The notes under the pieces: generated by a model
Database searches by the model: none
Told to the model about the DNA's origin: nothing
Seen by the model: the letters and a program-made list of their open reading frames with translations, nothing else
IMG/VR virus record: IMGVR_UViG_3300003310_000099
Location: 266,295 to 330,294 of that record
Direction: 5' to 3' (one strand)
DNA: 64,000 nucleotides
From: a virus
Taxonomy: Duplodnaviria; Heunggongvirae; Uroviricota; Caudoviricetes
Shown: positions 37,670 to 47,600 of the stretch, one piece after another
Position numbering within the stretch: position 1 is the first letter of the stretch
Layout: every line of letters starts with the position of its first letter
Made by a program: the position numbers and the translations under genes

Positions 37670-38817
37670 GGGTTTAACTCATTTATATCTTAGCTGTACC
37701 TACAGGAGATAGAGATGACGACAATCCATTATGAATACCAATTGAGCATTCTTTCAAAATGCGGTTTAACGCAAGGGGCTTATGAGGCGGCGGTGACTGC
37801 ATTATTGACTCAACAGTATCCAGGGGCTACGATTGAAATAGCCATAGGCACTGACACCTATGGGACTTCGGACGAAATGAGGATATCGGACGCTGACATA
37901 ATTACAGTTGCTGACAATGCGATGGGTGAATTATGTTCGATACCTTAGCTGTACTGAGTGAAGCATGAAGACAGAACAAGCACTTTTGAAGAGGATTGAC
38001 GAATCGCCGCACAAGCGAACTTGTGTATTATGGGGATATCGGACACATCGCAAGAGGGGCAGTTATGGTAATCGTGAGTTCAACGCGATGATTAGGCTGC
38101 GGGATGCTGGGATTATTGAGATTATCAATAGTTCAAAGTATCAGGATTGCGGACGCACTTCGACTGACAACTGGCATGAGACGATTATACAAAGGAAGCC
38201 CATTTAGCTAAGCGCTTAGTTAGATTGGGTTTAGGGATAGCATACTCCCCTTTCAAGGGAGGGGTGGGGTGAAAGACCCTACGGGCCGAATGTGCCTAAT
38301 GGTGTAAAAATCCCCTTTGTATATCTTAGCTGTACCGAGTCAATTCTTTGGAGTTCAAAAATGCTGACGGGCAAGGACTATCCTCATCTATGTTCGGCGT
38401 GTCAAGCTGCCATTGATGATATGGCAAGTTTGTATGGGGATGGTTTGATGGAAGACACGGACAATGAGGAAGCGGCTTGTGATGCCGTATACGATCATCG
38501 CATGTTTTGCGGTGGTGGGGAGTGTGTGAACAAGCCTATCAAGTATGTTCACGCACCTTATTGTCCAGGGCCGATGATGTGCAACTGTTACCCAACAAGG
38601 TGAAAATGGAAAATCCAGTTTATCATGCGTGTCGGGTTGCGTTCAACTGCGGTACGGATGGGGTGCCGTGGCACATGGTATGTCACGCACTGAGGCAGGG
38701 TTTAGGATTGAAGTCTGCAATGACCTATACTCTTACTGAGAAGGACTTTGCAGCATATCCTGATTTACGGGAACTGGTGGATAGATTGGGCCAGACAGGT
38801 TTCGACAGCGACCCTAA

Positions 38818-38924
38818 GTGACAGGCTTGACCGTGGTAGGTCAGACGCGAAAAGATGCCTCAATTCAAGTAGCGTAGTTTGTCAGCAAGTCGTCTGGAAT
38901 CGGGTTCAAATCCCGACTGGTCCA
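38818..38924 (+). ncRNA. Degenerate tRNA-like element with expanded anticodon loop
   Basis: D arm GACC-GTGGTA-GGTC; AGACG/CGTCT stem around a loop of about 43 nt; canonical T arm TCGGG-TTCAAAT-CCCGA; weak acceptor. Confidence 0.45.
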
Positions 38925-39031
38925 CTTAAAGCTTAGCTGTACCAAGTGGTTTGTGTCGGGGAGGTGACTAAGGAAGTTTGCCAGTAACTCTCCAGTACCG
39001 ACATTAAATAAATTCACGGAAACTGGTATGC

Positions 39032-39116
39032 GGACACTGTTCCATACGTCCAGCTGTAACCTGGATGCCATTAAGATGTATGGTGGTGGCGGTGGGTTCG
39101 ATTCCTACAGTGTCCA
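39032..39116 (+). tRNA. tRNA-Tyr(GTA)-like element lacking a D arm
   Basis: GGACACT/AGTGTCC-A acceptor; GTCCAG-CTGTAAC-CTGGAT anticodon arm; long variable arm; GTGGG-TTCGATT-CCTAC T arm. Confidence 0.5.
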
Positions 39117-39586
39117 TTAAATCTTAGCTGTACCAAGGAGTTTGTGATGATGAAGGCATTGGCATTGGGCGTGGTGTGGGAGAGTGGCGAGAACAACTCG
39201 ATGGAGGTTGACGCCGACCTTGGTGCGCAGGAAGTTGCGGACCTCATGGAAAATGAATTTGGTTGTGAGTTTGACGACATTTTCATGGTGGTCAATGGGG
39301 ATGGTTGCCCTGATGTGGAGCATCATTGGCGGCGTGGCAAGCACTTTAACAGGGGATAGCAATGCAACAGTTTCGGGTTGAATTGGTGGTGACGGTGAAC
39401 ACTCTTGATACGGTGAGTGAGGCGGAAGTGCAGAGGCACTTGGAGGGCTACCTGGAAGATTTCGACATTGGGAATGCTGAGGTTCAGGAGTGTAAGGAAA
39501 TCTAAACCTTAGCTGTACCAAGTCAGTTGTGAGCTAAGCATGACGTGCTAAACATGCCGAGTACCGCCGCGTTAGTGCGGGCATTT

Positions 39587-39658
39587 GCCGCATTCGACTT
39601 CTAGTGAGGTCATCTGGCTTTCACCCAGAGTAGACGGGAGCGTAACCCGTATGCGGCA
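39587..39658 (+). tRNA. tRNA-Glu(TTC) with non-canonical T loop
   Basis: GCCGCAT/ATGCGGC acceptor; GACT/GGTC D stem; TCTGG-CTTTCAC-CCAGA anticodon arm; ACGGG-AGCGTAA-CCCGT T arm. Confidence 0.7.
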
Positions 39659-39714
39659 CTAAACCTTAGCTGTACCGAGTGAATTGTTACTTTTCTCTTT
39701 CTAAGGAGTTTGGA

Positions 39715-40158
39715 ATGGGTCGTTACAACAGCAGCAACATCGGTAACATGCTGGAAGAACTCATCAATGATGCGGTGGAAACCGCGATCAACGAGACGGA
39801 TTTCGAGGACAAGATCAACGATACGCTGCCCAATTTCGAGGACATGATCGAAAGGGCAGTCGATAACATCGACATTGACGACAAGGTGAACGACGCGGTT
39901 TCGGAAGCGTTGGACGAGTACGACATTTCCGAAAAGGTGGAGAAGGAAGTTGAGGCGGAACTGACCGCCCACCTCCACGAATACGTTGAGAACGAATTCG
40001 ATTCGTTCTCCAAGACCGACAAGTTCAAGGAACTGGTCATGGCGGAAGTGAATCGGGTATTGGACGCACGGGAAGCGGCGAAGCGTGCGAAGCTGGTGGA
40101 TTACGTCAAGTTTGGGCCGCTTCGTCGGTGGGTTGCGGCTTGGGGTAGCTGGTACTAA
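39715..40158 (+). CDS. Acidic helical-repeat hypothetical protein
   Basis: AAGGAG RBS; repeated D(F/I)ED(K/M)I..AV units. Confidence 0.75.
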   Translation: MGRYNSSNIGNMLEELINDAVETAINETDFEDKINDTLPNFEDMIERAVDNIDIDDKVNDAVSEALDEYDISEKVEKEVEAELTAHLHEYVENEFDSFSKTDKFKELVMAEVNRVLDAREAAKRAKLVDYVKFGPLRRWVAAWGSWY

Positions 40159-40249
40159 GAAACAGGGAATCGCCCTCCCTGCTGGAAAGCTTAGCTGTAC
40201 TGAGTTAGTTGTGTCACTTACTTTTCTCTTTTTGAAAGGGTTTCGAGCA

Positions 40250-40558
40250 ATGGTCAAGAACGAACTGGTGCATGTTTGCGGCAACGAGACTTCCGAGGGT
40301 TTCAAGGTGCTTCCGCTGGTGGTTCGCAAGCCGCGTAAGGCCAAGGTGGTGAAGGCCAAGGGCAAGGCGGGTCGTCCGCGAGTGTACAACGGTACGCAAC
40401 GTCGCATCGTGGCGGCGGCGCTGAAGAAGCACGGTCTGACCAAGGGCTTGGAGTTCTTGGCCAAGGAACGCAAGCTCAAGGTGTCGATGACCTTGGCGAT
40501 TGCGGTTGCCAAGGAACACAAGATCGAGTTTCAGCGGGGCCGTCCCAAGGCCGCGTAA
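40250..40558 (+). CDS. Small basic protein (possible nucleic-acid binding)
   Basis: K/R-rich with GRPR and GRPK AT-hook-like peptides. Confidence 0.65.
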   Translation: MVKNELVHVCGNETSEGFKVLPLVVRKPRKAKVVKAKGKAGRPRVYNGTQRRIVAAALKKHGLTKGLEFLAKERKLKVSMTLAIAVAKEHKIEFQRGRPKAA

Positions 40559-40837
40559 GGGCTACAAGGGGGGACTGCAACCCCCTTGCCTGCGAGATTT
40601 CTAAATTCTAATTGGGGATTGCCATGAACCGTGAACGCATGATTGACACGATTTGCCTTGACCTGGAGGGTTGGCTTGAGCGTGATCGTCAAGAGTTCCT
40701 GAATCATGTGGAGGAACTGGAGCGGGCTTATCTGAAAACGAAGTCCGACAAGGAACTGACGGAGATTTACGAGGCAAGCGTATAGCTTAGCTGTACCGAG
40801 TGTGATGTAAGATTTCTTTTTCTCAAAGGGGATTTGA

Positions 40838-41080
40838 ATGGCTCGTCAGGAAACGACTGCTGGTTTCGAGGTTCTGCCGTTGCCGACGTATCGCACTTCT
40901 GCCAAGGAGTTTGCGGAGAAGGCCAAGGTCGATTATGCCGTGGCTCAGGGTTTCATCAAGTTCCTGGTCAGTCAGGGCATTGCGAAGGAAGTGGAGAAGC
41001 GTAAGGTTGTCGGTGCCAAGGGCAAGCCGACGAATGTGTATGAATTGCCGACTGAACTGCGGCTCAAGTTGGCGGCGTAA
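40838..41080 (+). CDS. Small winged-helix-like protein
   Basis: SAKEFAEK...FIKFLVSQGIA...GKPTNVY pattern. Confidence 0.55.
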   Translation: MARQETTAGFEVLPLPTYRTSAKEFAEKAKVDYAVAQGFIKFLVSQGIAKEVEKRKVVGAKGKPTNVYELPTELRLKLAA

Positions 41081-41116
41081 GCCAAACAGGGGGGAACAAA
41101 CTGTTCCCCCCTTGAG

Positions 41117-41200
41117 GGCCGCGTGGTGGAATTGGCATACACAAGGGACTTAAAATCCCTCGCCTTTATCGGCTTATGGGTTCGAGTCCCATCGCGGCTA
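41117..41200 (+). tRNA. tRNA-Leu(TAA)
   Basis: Full cloverleaf: GGCCGCG/CGCGGCT-A, TGGTGGAATTGGCATACAC, AGGGA-CTTAAAA-TCCCT, long variable arm, ATGGG-TTCGAGT-CCCAT; no encoded CCA. Confidence 0.92.
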
Positions 41201-42758
41201 TTGCTTAGCTGTACTGAGTTCTTAAACGGAGGAATTTCGATGTACGTTCTGAATGGGTGGAATCGGCGTGATGGTGAACTGGAGCAGAATTTCACCAAGA
41301 ATGAGGGTGAGACTGCTTTGGCGATTGCCCGAATTTGGCTGAGTAAGGGTTGGCGTCCTGTCTTGAAGTCTTACGTTGGCGGGATTCATCTCGTTCCTCT
41401 TTCTGTTCCGCTGCGTAAGGCTGCGTAGTGCCAGGGTAATCGCCCACCCTGCATAACCTTAGCTGTACCAAGGAGAGCATGACATGGAACCGCTGCCGAT
41501 TGGGACTGAGTATGATGGCAACGTAATTGTCGAAGTGGTCGATATGGACCCTTCTGACACTTATCAACCTTTCAGCTATCTCTTGGACAATGGTGAGATT
41601 GTTTGGATTCCTCAAGGGGAGGAACCGCAGTATATTATCACCGAACAAGGCAGGAATGTATTGCGTGCCAATCTGTAACCTTAGCTGTACCAAGGAGCTT
41701 GTGATGTGGTGGAAAGTTTTCGCTGACGGCTCCGAGTACGACATTGTTTTCGCCGCAAGTGCCGAAGCAGCGATTGCTTACGCCAAGTGGAAGCATGGGG
41801 AAGCTGTTTGGACTGCACGTCTCTATTAGGAGCAGCAATGCCGAAGATTGATTTCTGTTTTAGTGGTTGGGTGCGTGGCGTCAACGTCACGGAAGCGACG
41901 GACGATGAGGGCAACACGGTTGACGTATCCAAGATGGATGCAGGCGACCTTGCCAGGGACTTGGAGAATGGCAAGCTATTCATTTCCCTTGGCGATTATC
42001 TCTATCAGAATCGCAAAGGTGAAATTGAACTGACCGACTTCGAGGCGACTGACTATCCTCATTTACCTTAGCTGTACCTAGTTCATTGCCCAATCATTCA
42101 GGAGTCAGTCATGGGTAATCCTGTTGTGACGCCAATGGACATTGCGTGGAACGGTGAAATCATGGAAGATGTTTACGGGTCGATGGAAGAGTATTGGGAG
42201 GAACAAGATGACGTGGCGCAGCCTGATGCGGGAACTCAGTCGAATGAGCGACAACAAGCTGGACGGGCAGGCGATGATCTACCGCCCTTCTAGGGAGTTT
42301 GGGGCGGGTGAAGCCGAAGTTATTGCAATCAAAAGTCTTACGACCATTGACGGCGATATGGCTGAGGAATTCGATTTGGTGGATGGTGATCCAATTGGAT
42401 TAGCTTAGCTGTACCAAGGTGGATATGAAAACACGCAAGTTCAAAATCACTGGAATGCCTTCTGAGCGTGAGTACAATGCTATGCCATTTGGCAGGCAGC
42501 TTGAGTTTGCTCAAAAGCTCAAGGACTTCAAGGCAACGGCCAAGTCAACGTGGCTGAGTCAGAAGCGACAGACGTACCAAAAGGCAATCAAGGAAGCGAT
42601 TGCGTTGCGAGACGTAAAGGAATACTACTGCGAGTTTTACAACGAACCGCAGTGCAAGGACGACGTTTTCGAGTTCTGGTATAAATAACAAAGGAAACTA
42701 ACTATTAAGACCATACGAGCGCCGCCCGCAAGGGTATGAATTTACCACTTAATTAGAG

Positions 42759-42792
42759 GCAAGAGGGGAAAGTAAACCCTCTTGCTTTTTTT
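42759..42792 (+). terminator. Intrinsic terminator
   Basis: GCAAGAGGG/CCCTCTTGC stem followed by T7. Confidence 0.8.
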
Positions 42793-43291
42793 GTCTTTTT
42801 AGAATAAGATTAGCTTAGCTGTACCGAGTGAGTTGTGTCAAGGATACAATTCATGGAGAGAAACATGACTCAACGCGAAGCGGTTTTTCAGGCGTGTGAG
42901 GATTTGGATGTGCGTTCGAGCGTGCCGACTTTGTTGAATGCGGCTGAGCGGATTTACGGTGGGGACATTACCTATCAGGCAGCGGTGAGTTATCGGTGCG
43001 AGTATCGCAAGCTGCACGGTATCAAGACGGACTGCCGCAAGAACGGGAAGAAGGGCCAATGGCGTCGGGACATGAAGAATGACCATACTGCTTCGTTGAA
43101 GCAGGTGAAGCGGCTGCATCACTTCCTCAAGTTGAAGCGGCCATCGGTGTCAAGTCTGGTGGCTTTGATGGGGGATGGCAGTGAAATGTTCCATAGCGTG
43201 GAACAGATCAAGAACGCGATTGCGGAATTCAACGAACTGCGAAAGGTTGCTTAACCTTACAGGGTTCGCCCCCTGCTTTGGAGAATTTAAG

Positions 43292-43774
43292 ATGTGCAGT
43301 GTTAAGGGATGCGATAAGCCATGTGCTACAAATCGCAAGATGTGCGAACAGCATTTGGAAATATATCGTAATCGCTCAAAAAAAGTAATACAACAATATA
43401 TTGCAGATGGAAAATGCAGATATTGTCCTCAATTAAGGTTGCCTAATTTCCAAGTATGTGAAATGCACCTTTTGAAAAATAGGGCAAAATGTAAACTTCG
43501 TGGTGAAAAGCTAAGGCAAGAAGTTTTTGACCACTATGGAAAGCAATGTGTCTGTTGCGGCGAGTCAGAAATTAAGTTCTTGACCATCGACCATATCGGG
43601 AACGATGGCAGCACTCATCGTAAGAAGGAAAAGGTTGGGTCGGGAGGCAGTTTCTATGCTTGGTTAAAAAGAAATAATTTTCCTTCTGGCTTTCAAGTTC
43701 TTTGCTGGAATTGCAACGCGGCCAAGGGGCTATACGGTTCTTGCCCACATAACTTAGCTGTACCGAGTAAACAT
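43292..43774 (+). CDS. HNH endonuclease domain (no stop codon; reads through into the downstream kinase)
   Basis: CVCCGE..LTIDH...QVLCWNCNAAKG; N-terminal Cys/His knuckles; GGAG RBS. Confidence 0.8.
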
Positions 43775-44200
43775 ATGAACAATAAAATTCTCGTCATCAT
43801 GCAGGGGCACAGTGGTTCAGGTAAGTCTACCTTGGCGAAACAAATCGCCAAGGTAATTGACGCAGAAATCTTCTCCACGGATGAACTTTTCATTGTAAAC
43901 GGAGTTTATAAATTTGACCCTTCAAAATTAGGATTCTTCCACAAGAAGAACCTTGATAATTGCATTGCAGCAATGAAGAGGGGCGTGAATGTTGTGTGCG
44001 ACAACACAAACATTCGTCAATGGGAAGCTAAAGGGTATGTGGAAGCTGCCCTTGATTTGGGTTTTGAGGTTAAATTCATTCGAGCAACTGGAAACTTTCA
44101 GAACGTGCATGGCGTGCCGAATGACAAGGTTGAGCAGATGCGTGCGCGGCTGGAAGACTTGACGGTGGAAAGTGTCATGGCGAGCAAGAAGCCTTTTTAG
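43775..44200 (+). CDS. P-loop kinase (AAA_33 / polynucleotide kinase-like)
   Basis: QGHSGSGKST, STD, VVCDNTN, NVHGVP. Confidence 0.85.
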   Translation: MNNKILVIMQGHSGSGKSTLAKQIAKVIDAEIFSTDELFIVNGVYKFDPSKLGFFHKKNLDNCIAAMKRGVNVVCDNTNIRQWEAKGYVEAALDLGFEVKFIRATGNFQNVHGVPNDKVEQMRARLEDLTVESVMASKKPF

Positions 44201-44850
44201 CTTAGCTGTACCAAGTCAGTTGTGAGATTACTCTAACTGGAGCGACCGATGAACGACCTGGAAAATGACGGGAACGAAAAAGACCTGTTGGATGAACTCA
44301 TGGAAGAGACGCCGACCAAGGGCGCGCTACTGCAATTCGATGACCTGGAAGCTGGTCAGTTGATTTGCGTCCACAGTATCAAGGGCAGCAATGATGCTGC
44401 TCCGATCATGGGGCAGGCGATGACGGTCAACGCCGTTTGCTTCCCGTTCTTCGTGGCGTCACTTTACGCGAATGGGGAAGTGCTGACGCTGGACGTGCGT
44501 TTCCTCAATCTCATGAAGTGCAACAAGGAATTCGCGGAAGCTCAGAAGAAGGCTGCAATGGCCCATAAGCGTGGGCCACAAGCCTAAACCACATAGGCAT
44601 TTGTGTCCTGTGACCTTCATGGTCTATGGCACAATGTAAGACCTATTCTTGCTTATACCTTAGCTGTACTGAGTTGAGTGTAACTAAACTTGGGGGAGCT
44701 ATGGAAACGAACTTCTGCGATTACTGTCATCAGCCGTGTGGCCAACGTCGCTTCTGCGATGAAGTGTGCTATGAGGAGTATGAGAACGAGTACGCTGCAT
44801 TCATGGAATGCGTGCGGGAAGAGAATCACGACACTGACGATTGAATCATG

Positions 44851-44982
44851 GTCCCTGTAGTGTAATGGTAGCACGGGTTTAACCGTTTTCTAATGGTGGC
44901 TATAGACGCCATGTAGAACGGCATAGTGCGCACTATGTTGCGAGGTGAAAACCAAGTGTGGCGTCGAAACCCACCAGGGGCA
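44851..44982 (+). tRNA. tRNA-like gene with a structured insertion of about 61 nt in the anticodon loop
   Basis: GTCCCTG/CAGGGGC-A acceptor; TAGTGTAATGGTAGCAC D arm; GGTTT/AAACC stem enclosing 68 nt; degenerate T arm GTGGC-GTCGAAA-CCCAC. Confidence 0.6.
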
Positions 44983-45637
44983 GCCTATACCTTAGCTGTA
45001 CCAAGTCCATTGTAATCGCCCGCGTGTTGCTCCGAGCGAATCGGAGCCTATTTGGAGAATGGCCATGCGGTACGCTGATCGTTTTTGTCAGTACACGGAA
45101 TCGTTCGAGAACGGTCACGTCTACATTTTCACTGGTCCGTGTGTGGTCACGGGCAAGCCTGTTACGGTCAAAGTGCCCGCCGAGGGGCTGTTTGCCTATC
45201 GGTCTGGTGCCCACATTCAGGACGCCTTCCCCACCCTATCCTCTGATGACCGTGAATTCCTCATGAGTGGGATAAGCAAGGAAGCGTGGGATGAGACTTT
45301 CAGTGGGGAAGAGGAGTAATCCTTAGCTGTACCAAGTTCGTTAACTAAACTCTGGAGAACAGCTATGTCAGTGATCGAAAAGATTCAGGCTGATTTCGCG
45401 GCTGCGGGCTATCAGTGGCAGGAACACATCTACAACGATGGTTTGCCTGGATGTAGCATCATGTTCACCAAGGACAAGAATCCTCACTATTTCGCTGAAC
45501 ACCCATGCGGTGATTTTGGGTGGGGCCGCTTTGAACGCTGGTGGGCATGGGCACAGGCTCATGAATGGTTGCTGAAAAGGCAAGCAGCATAGCTTAGCTG
45601 TACCAAGTCTTTTGTAATCACCTTTACTGGAGCAATC

Positions 45638-46081
45638 ATGTATCAGCAGTATCCGAGGGACTTGGTTGTTAGCACGCCGTTGGGTTCGGTCAAGGTGGCT
45701 ATCACTGATGATAAGCACGCCTACGTTGAAAGCAATGACGTGCTTATCATCAGTGGCAAGCCGATTCGGGTTACGCTGCACATTTTCCTACGGGATGGGC
45801 AGTGGACCGACAAGAACGAGAACGGGCGCAGCACGATCTACGCCAAAAAGCCCGACGTGTGGACCAATGATGAGGCAACGCCACTCCAAAAGGAAAAGGC
45901 AATCAAGGCAGTGGTGCCGACTGTGGGCAACTTCATCAATGCCAATGCCCATTTGCTGAAACAGGCACAAGCGGCACACGTTGCTAACGCTGTGGAAACG
46001 CTGGAAGGCCGCATTGCCGACAAGCGTAAGGAAATCGAAGAAATGGAAAAGGAAATCGCTGACCTGAAGGCGACTCTGTAA
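45638..46081 (+). CDS. Hypothetical protein with C-terminal coiled coil
   Basis: Single-gene unit between motifs 45593 and 46085; GGAG RBS. Confidence 0.8.
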   Translation: MYQQYPRDLVVSTPLGSVKVAITDDKHAYVESNDVLIISGKPIRVTLHIFLRDGQWTDKNENGRSTIYAKKPDVWTNDEATPLQKEKAIKAVVPTVGNFINANAHLLKQAQAAHVANAVETLEGRIADKRKEIEEMEKEIADLKATL

Positions 46082-46688
46082 TAGCTTAGCTGTACTGAGT
46101 ACAGTGTAACCTTACTACGGAGAACGAAAATGCAGGTCATCGACACTCCCGAAGGAATTCGTGCCTATCGTCTGTTGGCTTTGCGGGCCGCTTTGGGACT
46201 GGAAGTCAAGGGGCTGAAAGGGCGAGTGAACGCCTACGCCACAATCAAAAAGGAATTCGGCCTCAAGGGAACCAAGGCAAAGGTCTATGCCTTGTATGAG
46301 GCCAAGTTGCAGGAAATGGGGATTCTTAGCTGAGCGGAGGGCAGAAATCCTCCCAAGACGGGGAACCATAGGGTAAGAGCGGTGCTGGCTTAGGCCAAGA
46401 ACCTCTATGGTTCCCCGTAATTAGCTTAGCTGTACCAAGTAAAGCATAACCCTGGAGAAACCATGTTGGAAAGCTGGATTCTGGCTCGTTACGATCTGAA
46501 TTACGAGATTGCTGTTGATGAGGGTCATCAGGAAGAGGCAAGCCGCATTGCTTGGGAGTGGACTGAGAAAGAGTACACTCGGATGTTTCATCGGGTCAAG
46601 GGCCAGAAACAGGCGCAGCAGCAGGAAGAAATCGCCCTCCGCGATTAGCTTAGCTGTACCAAGTTCATTGTAACCTACCTTTTGGAGA

Positions 46689-47003
46689 ATGGTCATGGAT
46701 ACGCTGGAACTTGCTTCGGCCCCCGTTGGTGAAGAGTGCGCTCAACTCGGTAGTCCCGACTATTACGAGCGGGCAAAGAAGGAATGCAACGCTTTCATTG
46801 GCCAACTTCGCCGTAAGTTCGGCAAAGAGCCAGTCGGCGCAAGGCTTTACGTCAAGGCCAACGCACATGACTTCGGGAGCTATTACGAAGTGGCGTGCAA
46901 ATTTGACGGAAGCAATCAAGAGGCAATCGAGTACGCTTTCGATCTTGAGGCCAATCTGCCCGAAAATTGGGACAAACAGGCCAAGAGCGAACTTGGGTTG
47001 TAG
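46689..47003 (+). CDS. Hypothetical phage protein
   Basis: Single-gene unit with GGAG RBS. Confidence 0.75.
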   Translation: MVMDTLELASAPVGEECAQLGSPDYYERAKKECNAFIGQLRRKFGKEPVGARLYVKANAHDFGSYYEVACKFDGSNQEAIEYAFDLEANLPENWDKQAKSELGL

Positions 47004-47600
47004 GGTTCAGGGTTCGCCCACCCTGCTTAACCTTAGCTGTACTGAGTTGGTTAAATCCCAAGGCTCGGAGTGTCTGGCGATGATTAACACGGCGGAAGAA
47101 ATGATTCGGGTAGTTCTCGATGAAATCGGCCTTCAAAGCAGCTTAGCTGAGATTCGGAACCGAGTGGTCCAATCTCTGAACGAAATTAGAAAGAAATCGG
47201 CAACGGAAAGGATATTGCGTGAAATGGCTAAAGTTTGGGAGAGTTTTGCAAGAGGAGAACAGACATATGAGGCATGTCTGAAAAAAATCGAGCTATGGGC
47301 TGCGTTTATTTGGCAGGCCAATGACGACTCTGGGTATCTGTATGAGGGTTGCACATTAAACCCCGACCACATTTGGCATGAGTGGTGTGCCTGGATTTAT
47401 GTCGCAAATCCAGAAGGGTATAGTGTTGGTTATCCGAGTCTGGCATATTGTTGCCAGATCAGGAAGAAGGTGCAGAGGGAACGTGGCGAGGAATACGACT
47501 GCCGTACCTATGAAGGTCAACCCGACCGCAATATGATTCTGGTCTGACCAACAGGGTTCGCCCACCCTGCTTTACAAACCTTAGCTGTACCGAGTACATC

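Noticed and set aside
38225-38290. Functional second tRNA-Glu
   Set aside because: Only the anticodon arm is clear; the acceptor and D arm do not pair convincingly, so it is treated as a remnant.
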